From NCBI RefSeq assembly GCF_009834535.1, contig NC_045696.1, forward strand, positions 58,902,001 to 58,966,000: a DNA stretch of 64,000 nt, read 5' to 3'. Below, piece by piece: positions 1 through 12,420 of the stretch (position 1 is the first letter of the stretch; every line of letters starts with the position of its first letter). Under the pieces are notes generated by a model that saw only the letters and a list, made by a program, of their open reading frames with translations, was not told where the DNA came from and did no database searches. The position numbers were made by a program, and so were the translations under genes. Source of the stretch: Camelus ferus. Its lineage: Eukaryota.

Positions 1-1233
1 ATTATGATATAATATTTTCTAAAAAATCAATAAGGAAAAAGTAAAGAACTTCATAAGACCCAAAGGATAGTGATGGTGAGAGCTATAAGCAGTGGCCCCA
101 GAGCTCTCAGCACACCCCGAATCTGAGCACTTCCACACTAGCAAAGGTAGCACATTCACTTTATAAAAAATTGAATGAAAAAAGAGAAAGATTATGGTAG
201 GTGAGGCATTTACAAGGCATGTTGATAATATAGTGATGTAAGAGAAAATTGTTTTTTCATTCCTACCCTTGGGTTACTTTACCCAAAAGGCACTATCTAG
301 TCATACTGCTGGAAAAACTGACAAAGTGGGAGGCGTGGTCTCTTCTGACTGCTGTCCTGTGCTGTGCTGCCTTGGGGAAGTGGGTCCCAGCCCTCCACTC
401 TGGTTGACACATGACAGTCACAGACTGGAAGCAAAGAGGCCTATCTTGTCATGCCTCTTATCTTTCTAGAACATTGCAGTCTGTGGAAACTGAAATGCTA
501 TGTGTTACCAACACCACGAGTTTCTCAGGTGCTATACTGAGATCCCTTTGGGTCCCTTGAGCTCCAATGACTCATGACTCTATGGCCATGTTATTTCTGG
601 CAGGCAGGGAGGCATGGGGAAGACAGCACAGGCGCCTGGATCCCAACTTCCCCCCGTTGAAGTCACACTGCAGGTGCTCTCTGCACTTACCAGTCTCACA
701 ACTTTTCCCTTGACTCTATGACGTCTTTAAAAGACGTGAAATGTTTATCCTTTCCTGATATGCCATCTCACAGAGTCCCCAGAGCCACTCAGAGCATCAG
801 ACACCGTCTTACAGGTGAGTGCCTGAGGCTCAGGAGAGTTAGATCACCACCTGTGGTCACACAGCCGCAGATGCAGAGCTCTGCATCGTATGCTCTTAGT
901 GCCAGCCTTCCTTTGAGAGCCTCTTGTGGGTGGTTCACATGCTTCCCAGAAACTCAAAAAACTCATTTTGTTAAGCATGTTCCATAACCAAACAGGTCCG
1001 TGATAAACCACTTTGAACTTGGGTCTAGCGGCCGATGTAAGTCGGTAGATATCAGATGTGCCCTCAGAGAGTCCCTGAATGGCAGTAATCCTGCAGTGGG
1101 CCAGCTCCTCCTGACCCGCTTTCCCTCCCAGCCTGTCTGTTCCAGAACTGCTGTCTCACCGAGGGCCCACAGTAGGGGCCTCCCAGCCAGCCGTGCCCCT
1201 TTGGTAATAAGGGAAGAGCAGCTACAAACTTAC

Positions 1234-1365
1234 CTTCAATCTTGCAGTCAAACCTAGCAGCGCTTCCCTCCACAACTTCTAAGTCACGAATTGTCTTAGA
1301 AAAGTAGGGTTTTACATGGGGCTTTTCCTCAGCAACAGCCTCAAGGAAAGCTTGGGCAACATCTT
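1234..1365 (-). CDS. MYLK: MYLK/telokin exon (human exon 33 equivalent), first half of the C-terminal Ig domain
   Basis: 132 bp. Acceptor ttctag|AAGAT, donor GAAG|gtaagt. Translates (E)DVAQAFLEAVAEEKPHVKPYFSKTIRDLEVVEGSAARFDCKIE(G). Confidence 0.97.
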
Positions 1366-2827
1366 CTAGAAGACAGGAAAGAGGATGGGGTCATTTCTTC
1401 ATTCCTTCTCTCCTCTTCCCTGGTTTAAAAGAGCTGACTTTTTTTTTTCAGTTGCTATAATTTGGCAGATAATGCAGCTTAGAGGACTGAATCATAAGCA
1501 CACCTTTCTCCTCGGGACAGGCTGGCCTGTGGCCAAATGACTTTGGCAGAAGAGAGAACTGCAACCAAACTGGGGAAATGTTTGGACTCCCCCTTCCCTT
1601 ATGCTGACACATTGAAAAAGGAAATAATCTTTAAAAAGGATTTTTGGCTGCATTTCATACTGCTTCAGGATTCAGTTGAGGGTATCTAAGAAGGACGGAA
1701 CCACACCAGCCATCCTGATCTCTACCCCTTTGTCCTCCTCCAGCAGCAGCAGGCCCTTCATCTGCTCCCAGAAGGGAAGAGCCAGGTCCTAGAGGCATCT
1801 TCGACTTGCCAGCGGCTCTATTCTACACACATCTACTGCCTTCACATTGTGTGACGTGGACCATGGTTTGGGATTGGTCCAGGGAAAAGCCATAATTTGG
1901 AGGGGCTCCTGATCCTCTCCTTCTTTAGGCTATTGCTGGGTCATCTGGGGAGTGGCAAGGGTAGATCGGGAGGGATCAGGCCCATGTGCAGCAGACTCTG
2001 TCCCCAGCTGCATCAGAACAGCTCAGCAGGCCACGTTGCCAGTTACCCTGTCTTGTGCACAAAGGGATCTAGACTCAGCCTCTCATCTTTGGATACCAAA
2101 AGCACGAGGCAGCGGGAGGTGGAGGGGTGTCTCCAGCCAAGGCGGCACCTCAAGATGGTAAGGGCCAGACCCTGCACTGCATCTGAAGCAGGAAGAAGCC
2201 GGGGCCTTCACTGAGGAGATGGATGGGGCAGTATCTCAAAGACGGTGGGCAAGTTACTAACCCTTTTGGTCTCTAGGAAGGGCCCTGTCAATCTGTCTAC
2301 CCAGTTCAAACGACATGTTTTGGCATATGAAAAATACCAAACAAACATGGACTGTACGAGTTAACTTTTGTTTAAAAGAAAACCACAGAGACATGGTTAA
2401 AAAAACAGGAAGGATTTTCTTAAAAGTACACTACAATATGTGTTTTTTACTTTATGTTTGCCTATCCATTATATAAGTATTGCTTTTGCAATGAGAAAAA
2501 AAGAAAGCTTTTAATAAAGCCTCTCCTAATTCTTATGTAAAATATAGAGAAAAGCTAAGCAGAGATCACCTGTTTCTATTAGACAAATAATAACTTTCAA
2601 AAGTTGTTAAACCTAAGGTGAAGCAAAGAGTAATTACTAAACTTATCAATTATTGTCAGAGCAATGTAAAAGTACTTCTGAATTTTTCCTTGTAAATTGT
2701 GTTATAAAAAAACCAAAAAACAATTCCCCTCTACCCCCACCCCCACAAAAAAGCCTCTAAATGCCCCTCCATCCCTAACTTCCTTTCTCACCAACTGGCT
2801 GGAGAAAATCTTCCTGTAGCTCCTTAC

Positions 2828-2957
2828 CTTCAGAGTCTAGTTTTTCTGCATTGAGCGGGCTGGTTGGTGATCCTGTTGAGGATTTCCTGCCACTGAGCCC
2901 TGAGATCATTGCCATAGAGGACAGTCTTCCAATGGCTCTCACAGCATTGCCTGTTTT
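2828..2957 (-). CDS. MYLK: MYLK exon (human exon 32 equivalent): end of the CaM-binding segment and the telokin start codon at 2915-2913
   Basis: 130 bp. Acceptor tttcag|AAAACA, donor GAAG|gtaagg. Translates KTGNAVRAIGRLSSMAMISGLSGRKSSTGSPTSPLNAEKLDSE. MAMISG is the known telokin N-terminus. Confidence 0.97.
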
Positions 2958-3247
2958 CTGAAAAATAGACACTGGCGTTGGACTCACGCAGTGTCCCTGG
3001 TTCCAAGTGGGCAGCGGGGCTCAGGGAGAAGAGCCCAGCCCAGGAGAGGCAGCTGTCCCTGGAACGAGGGCTTCCCCAGCGCCGAGGTTCCGCCAGAGGA
3101 GTGAGCCCAGCCTTGCTCTGCTCAGCACTATCAGCGTGTCGGAAGATGTTCAGAGAATGGAATGGGGCCTGGAACCAATGTGTGCCTTAATGTGACTAAA
3201 CAAGGTCAACATGAGACAAAAACCCTTTTCATACTGTGCTTCAACTC

Positions 3248-3282
3248 CCATAAAAGGGATAGTTTATATAAAGCAACTGCAG
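3248..3282 (-). promoter_or_regulatory. Telokin (KRP) internal promoter core: E-box, AT-rich element and CArG box
   Basis: Minus strand reads CTGCAGTTGCTTTATATAAACTATCCCTTTTATGG. E-box CAGTTG at 3274-3279, TTTATATAAA at 3263-3272, CArG CCTTTTATGG at 3248-3257. It lies about 330 bp upstream of the telokin ATG and matches the established telokin promoter layout. Confidence 0.92.
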
Positions 3283-3409
3283 GCTGAGACAGCTCCAAAG
3301 ACTTATTGCTGACGGGGCCCAGTGGGGCTGTTTCTCGTAAAACAATGCTAGTGATATGATTTTAATTGGTCAAGAGAAGAGTTACTACGGATCCCACAGG
3401 TCCTGTTGC

Positions 3410-3428
3410 AAAAAAAAAAAAAAAAAAA
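3410..3428 (+). repeat. Poly(A) tract, A19
   Basis: Direct reading of 19 consecutive A. Confidence 0.95.
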
Positions 3429-3436
3429 GGCATTCT

Positions 3437-3540
3437 ATTGACCATGAGCAAGTTGCTTAACCTCTCTGGGCTTCAGTATCCTTCTCTGTTTAAGGAGAGG
3501 GTTGGACAAGATGATCTGCAAGGTCTCATTTAGTTCTGTT
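3437..3540 (+). mobile_element. MIR-family SINE fragment (approximate ends)
   Basis: gaccatgagcaagttgcttaacctctctgggcttcagt resembles the MIR core. Confidence 0.65.
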
Positions 3541-6500
3541 TAAGATTCAGATACCTTAAAGATTTTGAGAAACACTCTGGCTAGGCCCAGCACAAGTCTG
3601 TGAATACCCAGTGAAGCTCCAGAGAGGTGTTCTTCCCAGATGCACACCCCAGCATTAAAAAGAACCTGAAGACATGAAAAGCACAGCACTTTGCTTTTCT
3701 GAGTGGCAGCGCCTTGGGAGAGGACAGAATTTCTGCTGAAACAGATGCCAGGACTTAAGATGAACATTTTCTTTGCATTTGAAAACTCTACCAAGCATAA
3801 GACTTAGGTCAAGGAGTCCCCAATAACACTCAACTGTGTTTCTCACCTTTAGGTAAAGTTTCTCACCCCTTTTCTAAGGCCAATGGAGTGACTAAGATAA
3901 GAAACTAAGGCATAAGCAGCGCTTTCCACCCCTGCACCTGAAGCATCTTTTCAGGGATCCAGATGCTGTGCATCCAGAAAGTAGATGTCACCACAGACTG
4001 GGTTTTGAGAGAGGAAGGAGACATTTTGTACACAGGCAAACGGCTGGCACTCCCCGCTGGCCCTCAAACTGTGCCGACAAAGCATTTTCCTGCTGAATTA
4101 ACTTCATGCACTCAAGTATTTCAGGGAAGCCTCACAATTTTGGAGTATCTGGAAAGCCAATATGCTTCAGTAAAAAGATTATTTCAAAAGTAAGGAATTT
4201 CAGGGTGCTAAGGAATCATACAGAAAACTGTGTGTAAGTGTGGTTTAAGCAGAGACCTACTGCTGTGACCACAGTTGCCCCCATTTTGTCACATCCCATC
4301 CTGGCTACAGACTATCTTCATGCACTCTGAACAGACGTTCCATCTTGCCCTGTCCTCTGGCCATCCACCCTCTCACATACATCGCTGTGTGTTATGCTTC
4401 CGGCCCTCTGTAAAAACCTGCGGGGAAGCTGGGTCACTCTGCAAAGAAGCCAGGGAGCCCCCGGGGGACGGGGGTGGGGGAGAAGGTGTGAGATGATGAC
4501 GGACCGACTTAACTGTGGGCAGAGTCACTGTGGCCATGCAGAGAATGCAGACAGAGACCATTCAGCAGCTTCCCGTGCTCTTCTGGGTGAGGCTGTTACT
4601 GGTGACATCATTGATTTGTTTGTCCTGCTAGCTGGAGTGTGGAGAGACCCTAGCTCTTCCCAGGGGAGCATACCCTGACTTCAGGAACAGGTAGGAGGTG
4701 GCGCCAGCCACCGCAGCCCTCCCAACTGAGTCCACGTAAAACCAGACTGCTTCCTAACCAGCCAAACTCTCAGACTCCGCCCTTTTCAGCTCTCCATTCC
4801 CTTCATCCAACACAGATGGGTTTGCCCTGGGCAGGGTGTCTCTAAGCTCAGAGGGTTCACTCCTAACAAGAAACAGGTTAGTTCTCTAACCACTAATTGA
4901 TTACTCTGTGACCTTGTGCCAGTCAGTTCCCTTCTCTGGGCCTCATGGTTAGACCAGAAGATTCAAATCTCCCTGCAGCTCCAGTCTCTACAGAAAGACT
5001 GTGATTTAGACTCGAGAACCTGTTGCTGGGAACGCTCCCCTTGAGGCTATGGGCTCCCTAATCCCCAACACCTGGACTGCAAGTAGCAGGACTGTACAGG
5101 GTGGAATGATGAAGTCTTTCTTCTTCTGTTAATAAAATGACTAATGTGAAGCTCCAGAACAAGGCAAATAAAAGAGTTACAGTATTTCAGAGGAGGTAGC
5201 AGATACACAGTAACATACAAATAGACTACACGTAGGGGGAGATTTTCCATCAGATGGAGTGATAGAGCACATTATTTCTAAAACAGGGAGAAATGTGCTT
5301 GATAAGGAAAATCTTAAAATAACCTACATCAGAAGTCATTCTTTGGAAATTGATTTATGAAAAAAATCTTGGTAGGGAAGTTATTTGTCAGCAGTGGGAA
5401 AGAAATCTATCTGTATGTTCTAGCCTTCCAGTTTCATGCCTTTGAGCTAAAAATTGGTTGCTGCTTTACTGACCAAGATTTTTGGAAATTTTTAAAACAT
5501 CAAAAAAGAAAGCTTCAATTCTTGGTAAGATCTATTCCTTGTTTTGAGGAAGTCTTTTTCTTGTTTGAGGGCAATTGCCAAGGCTGGGTTCCTGTATTCC
5601 AGGCAGGCAGGGTTCGTAATGGCTTCCCTAATGCAGCACAGACTCCCTCCCCTGGGAGAACCAGCAAGCGTGACTAAGCAGCCTGGTTTGCCAGGGACTG
5701 AGGTATTTCCCAGGATGAGGGTCTTTCAGGGATGAAGCTGAGACAGTGCCTGGCAAACTTGGGCAAGGTGATCGCCCTAGAGCCAGCCAGCCGTCATAGG
5801 CCCTACGCACACACCAACAGCCCCAAGACTGCAATCTGCCCTGAGAATGCATATTATCCAAACATGATGGCCAAGAGTACTCTGTGCTATACTGAGTCAA
5901 AAGCTTTCTTCCCTAGGGCCCTTTGTTCCATACTAGTGAGGCCTTTGTGGCTCTTGGAAAATAAAGTCGGCTGCCCACAGGTCTCCAATTCCTACTCCTT
6001 TGCTTCTGGTTTTGCCTGCAGAAGCCCTGTTGTCCTACTCAACTTATCCACCCTCAGTGCTACTGCTCACCACCATGTATTTTAAAGATTCTTTTGATAT
6101 AAATAAAAGACCTGCCCTCTATCAGAGTAACTTCATTCTAAGATCAATAATGTGATTAGTCATCTATACATTGCCTTGCTTGTAGGGATGTGTTCTCATG
6201 TTACTTCCTCTTTTGTGAAAACCACACCAGAATGATAATGGAACCTTCTCTCATGCAGCTGCAGAGAGTTCTGGGCCCCCTGTGCCTGTTCTGGCCCCCT
6301 CTCTCTGCCACAGTGCACCCCATTCTATTCCCCTCCACTCTGCCCCATCACACGGAACCTCGGCTGTTCTGAGAGGGAACCCCCTATTCCAGGGGTGCAA
6401 AGGTCCTGATAACTAAGGTCCCGGAGTATAAAATGTGGAAAACATTTTCCTAAGGAAGAAATGTAACACAAGATGGTCAGATGCAGCTGAACCATTACCA

Positions 6501-7954
6501 GTGAAATTATGCTTCAGGGATATGATGTGTTGAATGGGATTTTGTAGACTACTTTTCTATGTAATTTTGTGAAACCTAACTGCTGTTTCTGTGGAAAAAC
6601 CATTTCCAAATGTTGCTGCCTATATTAAAATAGGAAATTAGGGTTCCTTCTCTGAATTATACCCTTTTCTTTCTCCTCTCATTCCCAGCAAAAGGGTTTT
6701 CTGGCTAATGACACTGTAAACACCAGAAAAAACCTAAGTGATTAAAATATCAGCACAAATTACAGTTCCTTGACCCATCTGACTGAAAAATTCTATTTAT
6801 TTCCTCTCTCATTTCCTTATCTCTTCTCTGCGCCTATCCCCTGGGTTTAGGCTCTTCCTGGCTCTGGTTCACCAGCAGATGTGTGGATTCTCACAGAAGC
6901 CAGAAGTGATAAAGGCTGCCCCTTAACCCACAGCCTCATCCAAGCCAAAACCAGTGAGACTGCCTGCTCTGAGGGCTGCCCCACCCCCACCGCAGCCACC
7001 CTATCCGTTCCAGAATTATCGCTGTTTCTTGAGATCTACTGACCACAGGATCATTAATAAAGCCAGCCTTTGATTTTGTGGCCCCCTTGTTTTGTTTTTA
7101 GAAAATATTTGCTACTCTGATTTCGTTGGATCCTAATGGCACCAGAGGGTAAAGCAAGCAGCACAGGTGTTCCAGCTCACCAGGTACTCATGAGGGAGGC
7201 CAGGAGATCCACCCCACCTTCACATGGGGGGAAAGCAGGGGGGCAGTTACCAAGAACTGGCCCCCACTGCGGGGGAGCCAGGCTGAGAGACCCACATACC
7301 TGAAGCCCCTCGCTTGCCTCTGCTCCTTTCAACCTTTGGGTGAACTTGGACTTTTCGAAGGAACTGTGGTTTAGTCACCACAGTGTGTGACTGTGTAATT
7401 TGTGTGGCAAATTACCAGTGTCCCCTAAAATGGTGATTTCCTTTCTCTCTGTCACAAAGACAAGGTCTCAATGCCCAGGTCTCCTGAATGCTCGACTAAA
7501 ACACTGCTCCTGCCAGGCCAGCATGACCCAGGTGAGGCCGGGTTCCCACCCTGAGCCATTCCTTCCATCTGTGCTATAATCCCCTCTGCTCTGTGTTCCA
7601 GCCATGTTCCACAGCCGATTTCAAACTCCTGCCCTTGGCAGCATTTCCTCACAACCACATCCAACTCTGCTGTGACTGGCTCATTCTCTGTCCGCACTCA
7701 CATATATGGGTATGGAAAGCTATACTGATAGTTTATAATTCTTGGTGTGTGTTATGTCCTTTTATGTCTATTTGCTTCAGGTCCCTGTTACACTATACAT
7801 TCTTTGAGTATAGAAACCACGTGCCCTCCAGTAGCCTAGGAATTTTATAATACTCATAGTGATAATAAAAATAAAATAGATGATAAATTCCCTATGGTTT
7901 TGGATGATAATTTTCTCCATCTGCTAACAGTCAGAGGCAATTTGTGTCATTAAA

Positions 7955-8150
7955 CTGTGTATCATTAGGACTGTGTACTTTGGAGCCAGGCTCTGGGTTT
8001 GAGTCCCAGATTTCCCACTTACTAGCTATGTGATCCTTGGTGACTTTCTTAATCTTTCTCTGCCTCATTTGTTTGAGAGCTGGGGATAATGACAGTACCT
8101 GCCTCCCAGGATTAAAAGACAATACATAGAAAGTGGTTTGAGTGTTGAGC
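7955..8150 (+). mobile_element. MIR SINE (approximate ends)
   Basis: ggagccaggctctgggtttgagtcccag...acttactagctatgtgatccttgg...ggggataatgacagtacctgcctc follows the MIR consensus. Confidence 0.8.
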
Positions 8151-8192
8151 TGATGCATGGCCAGCTCTCCATACACACTGGCTACTGATCTC

Positions 8193-8367
8193 ATTTTTGA
8201 ACACTTATTAGGTGCCAGGCAATGTGCTAAAGGCCAGATAAAGATTATCTCACATATTTCTCACAACAATGCTGTGAGGTTGGTACCGCTATTATCCCCA
8301 CTGCACAGGTGAGAAAACGAAGGCACAGCAAGGTTATGTAACTTGCCTAAGGACATGTAGCTAGTAA
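8193..8367 (-). mobile_element. MIR SINE, inverted relative to its neighbour (approximate ends)
   Basis: gaacacttattaggtgccaggcaatgtgctaa...attatccccactgcacaggtgagaaaacgaaggcacagcaaggttatgtaacttgcctaagg is a reverse-complement MIR. Confidence 0.8.
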
Positions 8368-8682
8368 CATACACCTTCCTTAGGGCGCAGGGGCCATGTC
8401 TCTCTTTGTAGATCATGTGCCCACCTCCTTCACTGTAAAGAAATTTAAGACCATCACAAGGTATATAAAGAGATCGAATTCTCCAGGCCTGCTAAACAGT
8501 CCTAAAGGTGACATTGTTTATCCTTAGCCATGAAGACATGAAATGTCAGTCTGGGTCCCAGACTATTTCAGAAACAAACTTAAACATTTTTGGAGTGAGG
8601 GGAGGGCAAGCTGGGAATGAGAGTGGCTTGAGTAAAGCAATTATGAGGGGCAACATCCCAGTCCAAAGTGACCCCTCGTTAC

Positions 8683-8806
8683 CTGCCATTTCCTTCTTGC
8701 CATGTACTTCTTCATCCGGTCCTTGGAGAGCTTCTTGGCCTCCATGTTCTTGGTGTCTTTCATTAGCCATGGATGCTGAAGGCACTGGGTGCAGTCCAAG
8801 CGGTTT
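8683..8806 (-). CDS. MYLK: MYLK exon (human exon 31 equivalent): end of the kinase domain, autoinhibitory segment and start of the CaM-binding segment
   Basis: 124 bp. Acceptor catcag|AAACCG, donor GCAG|gtaacg. Translates (K)NRLDCTQCLQHPWLMKDTKNMEAKKLSKDRMKKYMARRKWQ. Confidence 0.97.
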
Positions 8807-11288
8807 CTGATGGAGGCAGAGATCAGAGGATTTCTGAGCAGAAGGGGACCTCAGACACTGCTAGTCAGAGCAGAAATGGGAGGCCACCTATCCCTAGTTA
8901 CACAGGGCAGAGCCCAGGGCTCTCTTGCTCCCAGTCCATCCACCATGATGAGGATCACTGTGCTCCTGGCCTTTTTCATGTCTTGGTCTGGGTTACACTG
9001 ACTAGACACACAATAGGTCAGCGTTCAGAAGGCCTAAACATCAGTAAGCCCTTGGGGTCTAGGGAGGGTAAATGTTGGGGAGCAGACATGTCTGGGAATG
9101 GCTGGTGCCATATTCCAGGATGAGGTCAGTCAGTGGTCACACGGGGGCTGCAGATTGGGGACGCCCAACCCTTCTGCCTCCCTGTCTGGCCAAGGGGAGA
9201 GTGAACCATTAGGCCCAAATCTTTGAGAATCATTTAACTCTCAAGTCTTATGGTGCGGTTGAGTATCAGGATTTTCCTGTTAAAACTCAAGAAGTATGTC
9301 CTACATACAACCTTTGAAATATGACAACCTTAGAACTACACTGAAACACATTTAATCTTCTGAAAGCTCTGAGAATCTAGAAATATTTCAGGGCCATCAC
9401 CTTAATTGTAAGAGGACTAATAAAGCCCACAGTACAAAGTGCTCACATACGTAGTAAAATGAGTAAAAGTAAATTTGTTAAATACAGCAAAATGTAGTGA
9501 TCTTTAGCTAAGGGAATATGTATTATTTTAATTTTCTTATATTCAAAATTTCTATAATTTCCATGTATTAATTTTATAATAGAAAAACACTTTTAAAAGT
9601 GCTGATGGAGATTTCTGGTTGAAGAAATGCTGAGTTTAAGAGTTTATGGGAATCTAGTGTCTTGATCTATTTAAAATCAGTTCTTTGGTGAATTTATTTT
9701 ATGAGTGCAGAAGGGCCAACACAGCTCATTACTGAATAAATTCAAGGTCAGATGAGAAAATAGGGTATATACTCAATACTTCACTTACTAAATCTTCAGT
9801 GAATGAATACTGGTTGACAAAAGCTATCCTTGGACCAGAGCTATCAGGAAGAGGTTTGCATCTCTGTGAGGCAACTTGGGAGTGGGGATCCCTTACACCA
9901 GAAGGGAATCTAGACATCCCCACAACATCCAGATTCTCCATGGGTCATGCCTACTTCTGATACTAAGACTAAATGCTAAAAAGCAAAATGCTAAAAAGAC
10001 CTTGCTCTCAGGGAGTGTGGAATGCAGCCCCTGGAGGAGCTTGGCCCTGGGCCAGCTAAAAAGGACTGAGAAGTGGGTGCGTAACCAGAAAAACCAGACA
10101 GAACCACTTAAGAGACCCTCCAACCTCACTTCTTTAGCAAGTGTACTCTCCTGACCCAGAGAGGATTTCTCCCAGAGTGGGGCAAGATGACTGACAGCTT
10201 CAGGGGGATCTGTGGGCCAGGCAGGCAGGGGAGAACCTAGGCCACAGTCACCTGGTGTATGTGGAGCCTCCTGCCTGTCCGTGGGGTCGGGCTGTCCCTT
10301 CCCTTCACAGCCTCTGGCACACCACCCATTTCAACAGCACCTTCTGGGGAAAAGCTTAGAGCTGCTCCCTATCACCAAATACAACTCCTTGGGGCCCCTG
10401 GAGCCAGGCCCGGCCTCATCTGTCCCCACCTGACACCCAGGCTGCTGCCTTCCCGTGGGGCAGGCTAGCCCTCCCTGCACACGCACAGCCCCTCCCAGCT
10501 TCCTGCTTTCATCCAGCTGCTTCCTCTCACCAGGGAATTCTGTCCAGCCACACATAGGACCCCCTCCAGCCTCTCCTCCTCTGCAGCTCCAACCTGCGTC
10601 CTGCTCTCACTGAAATATTCACCAGGTATGCCTGACCTTTCCTCACAGCCTTCGGCCTCTCACTGTGCACAGCTGTTTTACACAGTCACACAGCTCCAGG
10701 CAGCCCCGGAAGGTGGAGGCGGGGAACCTCATAATCTGTACCGTTGTGGGTAGGGGGACAGTGACAGAGCTGGGAGGTGGCTGGGCCCAGTGGCCTGGGA
10801 TCACAACCTAACTCTGGCCACTGGTGGAAGTTACCTGGCCATACTCAGGCAGACAGTTCTTACACAATATAAATATGAAACAAACATCCAGCCAGAATAG
10901 TCTAGGAGTATGTTCAGGACCCACAAATAGGGTATGTTCCCTGCAACCCCAGAAGGGGGGCTAAGGTTTCAGCAGGGCTACTACAGGCCACAGCTGTATG
11001 TGGAAAGTAAAATGGGCTGTTGTTGTTCACACAAGCTGCCCCTCTCCCTTAACACTCAGTCAAGTAAGTGTTGCTTTTCAAGTGAGGTTTCTGTGAATCT
11101 AAAGACCAGAGAGTGTGGCACCCAGAGCAGGGGCTGAGGAAGACCCCTTCCCTGGCCCTCACACTCGCTAATGCCCAGCCTCCCCTCCTCAGGTGAGGAG
11201 GGGCCCACGAAAGGGAAAGGAAATCCAGCCTCTGGACCCTGGTCTAGGCAAGAGGGCAGCTGAAGAGTCTGAAATCTCAACTCATTAC

Positions 11289-11442
11289 TTCATATCTTTC
11301 TTCAGCAAATTGCTGATAAAATCCTTGGCATCATCAGAGATCTCATCAAAGGCCTCGTCGTCGAAGTCCCAGGTGGCCTGAGGTGACGTTGGCTAAGGTC
11401 TCGTTATCGTTGTCACCCATGAAGGGGGAGAGTCCGCTGACC
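11289..11442 (-). CDS. MYLK: MYLK kinase C-lobe exon (human exon 30 equivalent) carrying an apparent +1 frameshift
   Basis: 154 bp where a multiple of 3 is required. Acceptor cccag|GGTC, donor TGAA|gtaatg. Reads VSGLSPFMGDNDNETLANVTS, then an extra G, then ATWDFDDEAFDEISDDAKDFISNLLKKDM(K) in the shifted frame. Confidence 0.95.
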
Positions 11443-12204
11443 CTGGGAGATGAGACAGGAGAGCAGTGAGAGGGGCAGGCAGTGGGGAGGGCCCCCGGGA
11501 GGGTCCCCCCTCAGGGGAGTGCTCACTGAGGTCAGACGGGGGGGCACCCCCAAAGCCCTTGCGCCTGCCACTCCTCCCACCTGCAAGAGAAGAGGGCATG
11601 GCCGCAGGCTTTGGTGGCCCAGCCTCTCAGTGGCTCACTGTATTTTTGGGTTTCGCCTGCCTGTTGACACCACCTGCCTGTGAAGCTGAGGCAGAATGCA
11701 TTTTCTTTAGTTTCCCACTTCCACACAGCAGAGCAGGGCCCTCCTCCCTGTCTTCTGTTATTCCCGGATGCCCAGGCTGGAACTTCACCCCGCAGAACCT
11801 TCTCCAAGGTCCCTGGGGTGGGGGCGGGGTGGGGGGAACCCCTTCCTGCTGGTGCTCCCACCCCCCTGCGGCACAGTCGCGTGGCACAGCACTCATCCCT
11901 GAGCCCTCCAGCCCACTGCCTCCCGTCTCTCACCCTCGCACCCTCAGCAGCCCCAGGCGTGCTCAGCAAGGGCGTGCACGTGAGCAGATCTGGAGTCCGT
12001 GGTGTGAGTCTGGTGTTCAGCAACACTTGAGTTCAATGTGCCTGAGGCATTTAAGCCAAACCAGAGAGCTTCCCTAAGAGGGACCATGGTCTGTTCATCC
12101 CTGGGTGACCTTGGACAATTCCCCTGACCTCTCTGTGTCAGCTTCCTCCTCTTCACCACTCCCACCTCTCCCTGTTCTCCTCCTATGACCTCATCATCAT
12201 GACA

Positions 12205-12420
12205 GCAGACATTCATCAGACATTTACACTGGGCCACGCATGGGGCAGAGAGCCGAAGGAGATTAACTCATTCAGCGTTAACACCACGCTATAACGCAGG
12301 TAACTCATTACTCCGTTTAATAGATAAGGAAACTAAGGCACTAAGTGGGGTTAAATCACTTGCCCAAGGATTTGCAGCCAGTGAGTCTGTTTCTTAACTG
12401 CTACTTTGTACCATCATGCC
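12205..12420 (-). mobile_element. MIR SINE (approximate ends)
   Basis: tttaatagataaggaaactaaggcactaagtggggttaaatcacttgcccaagg is the reverse-complement MIR core. Confidence 0.7.
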
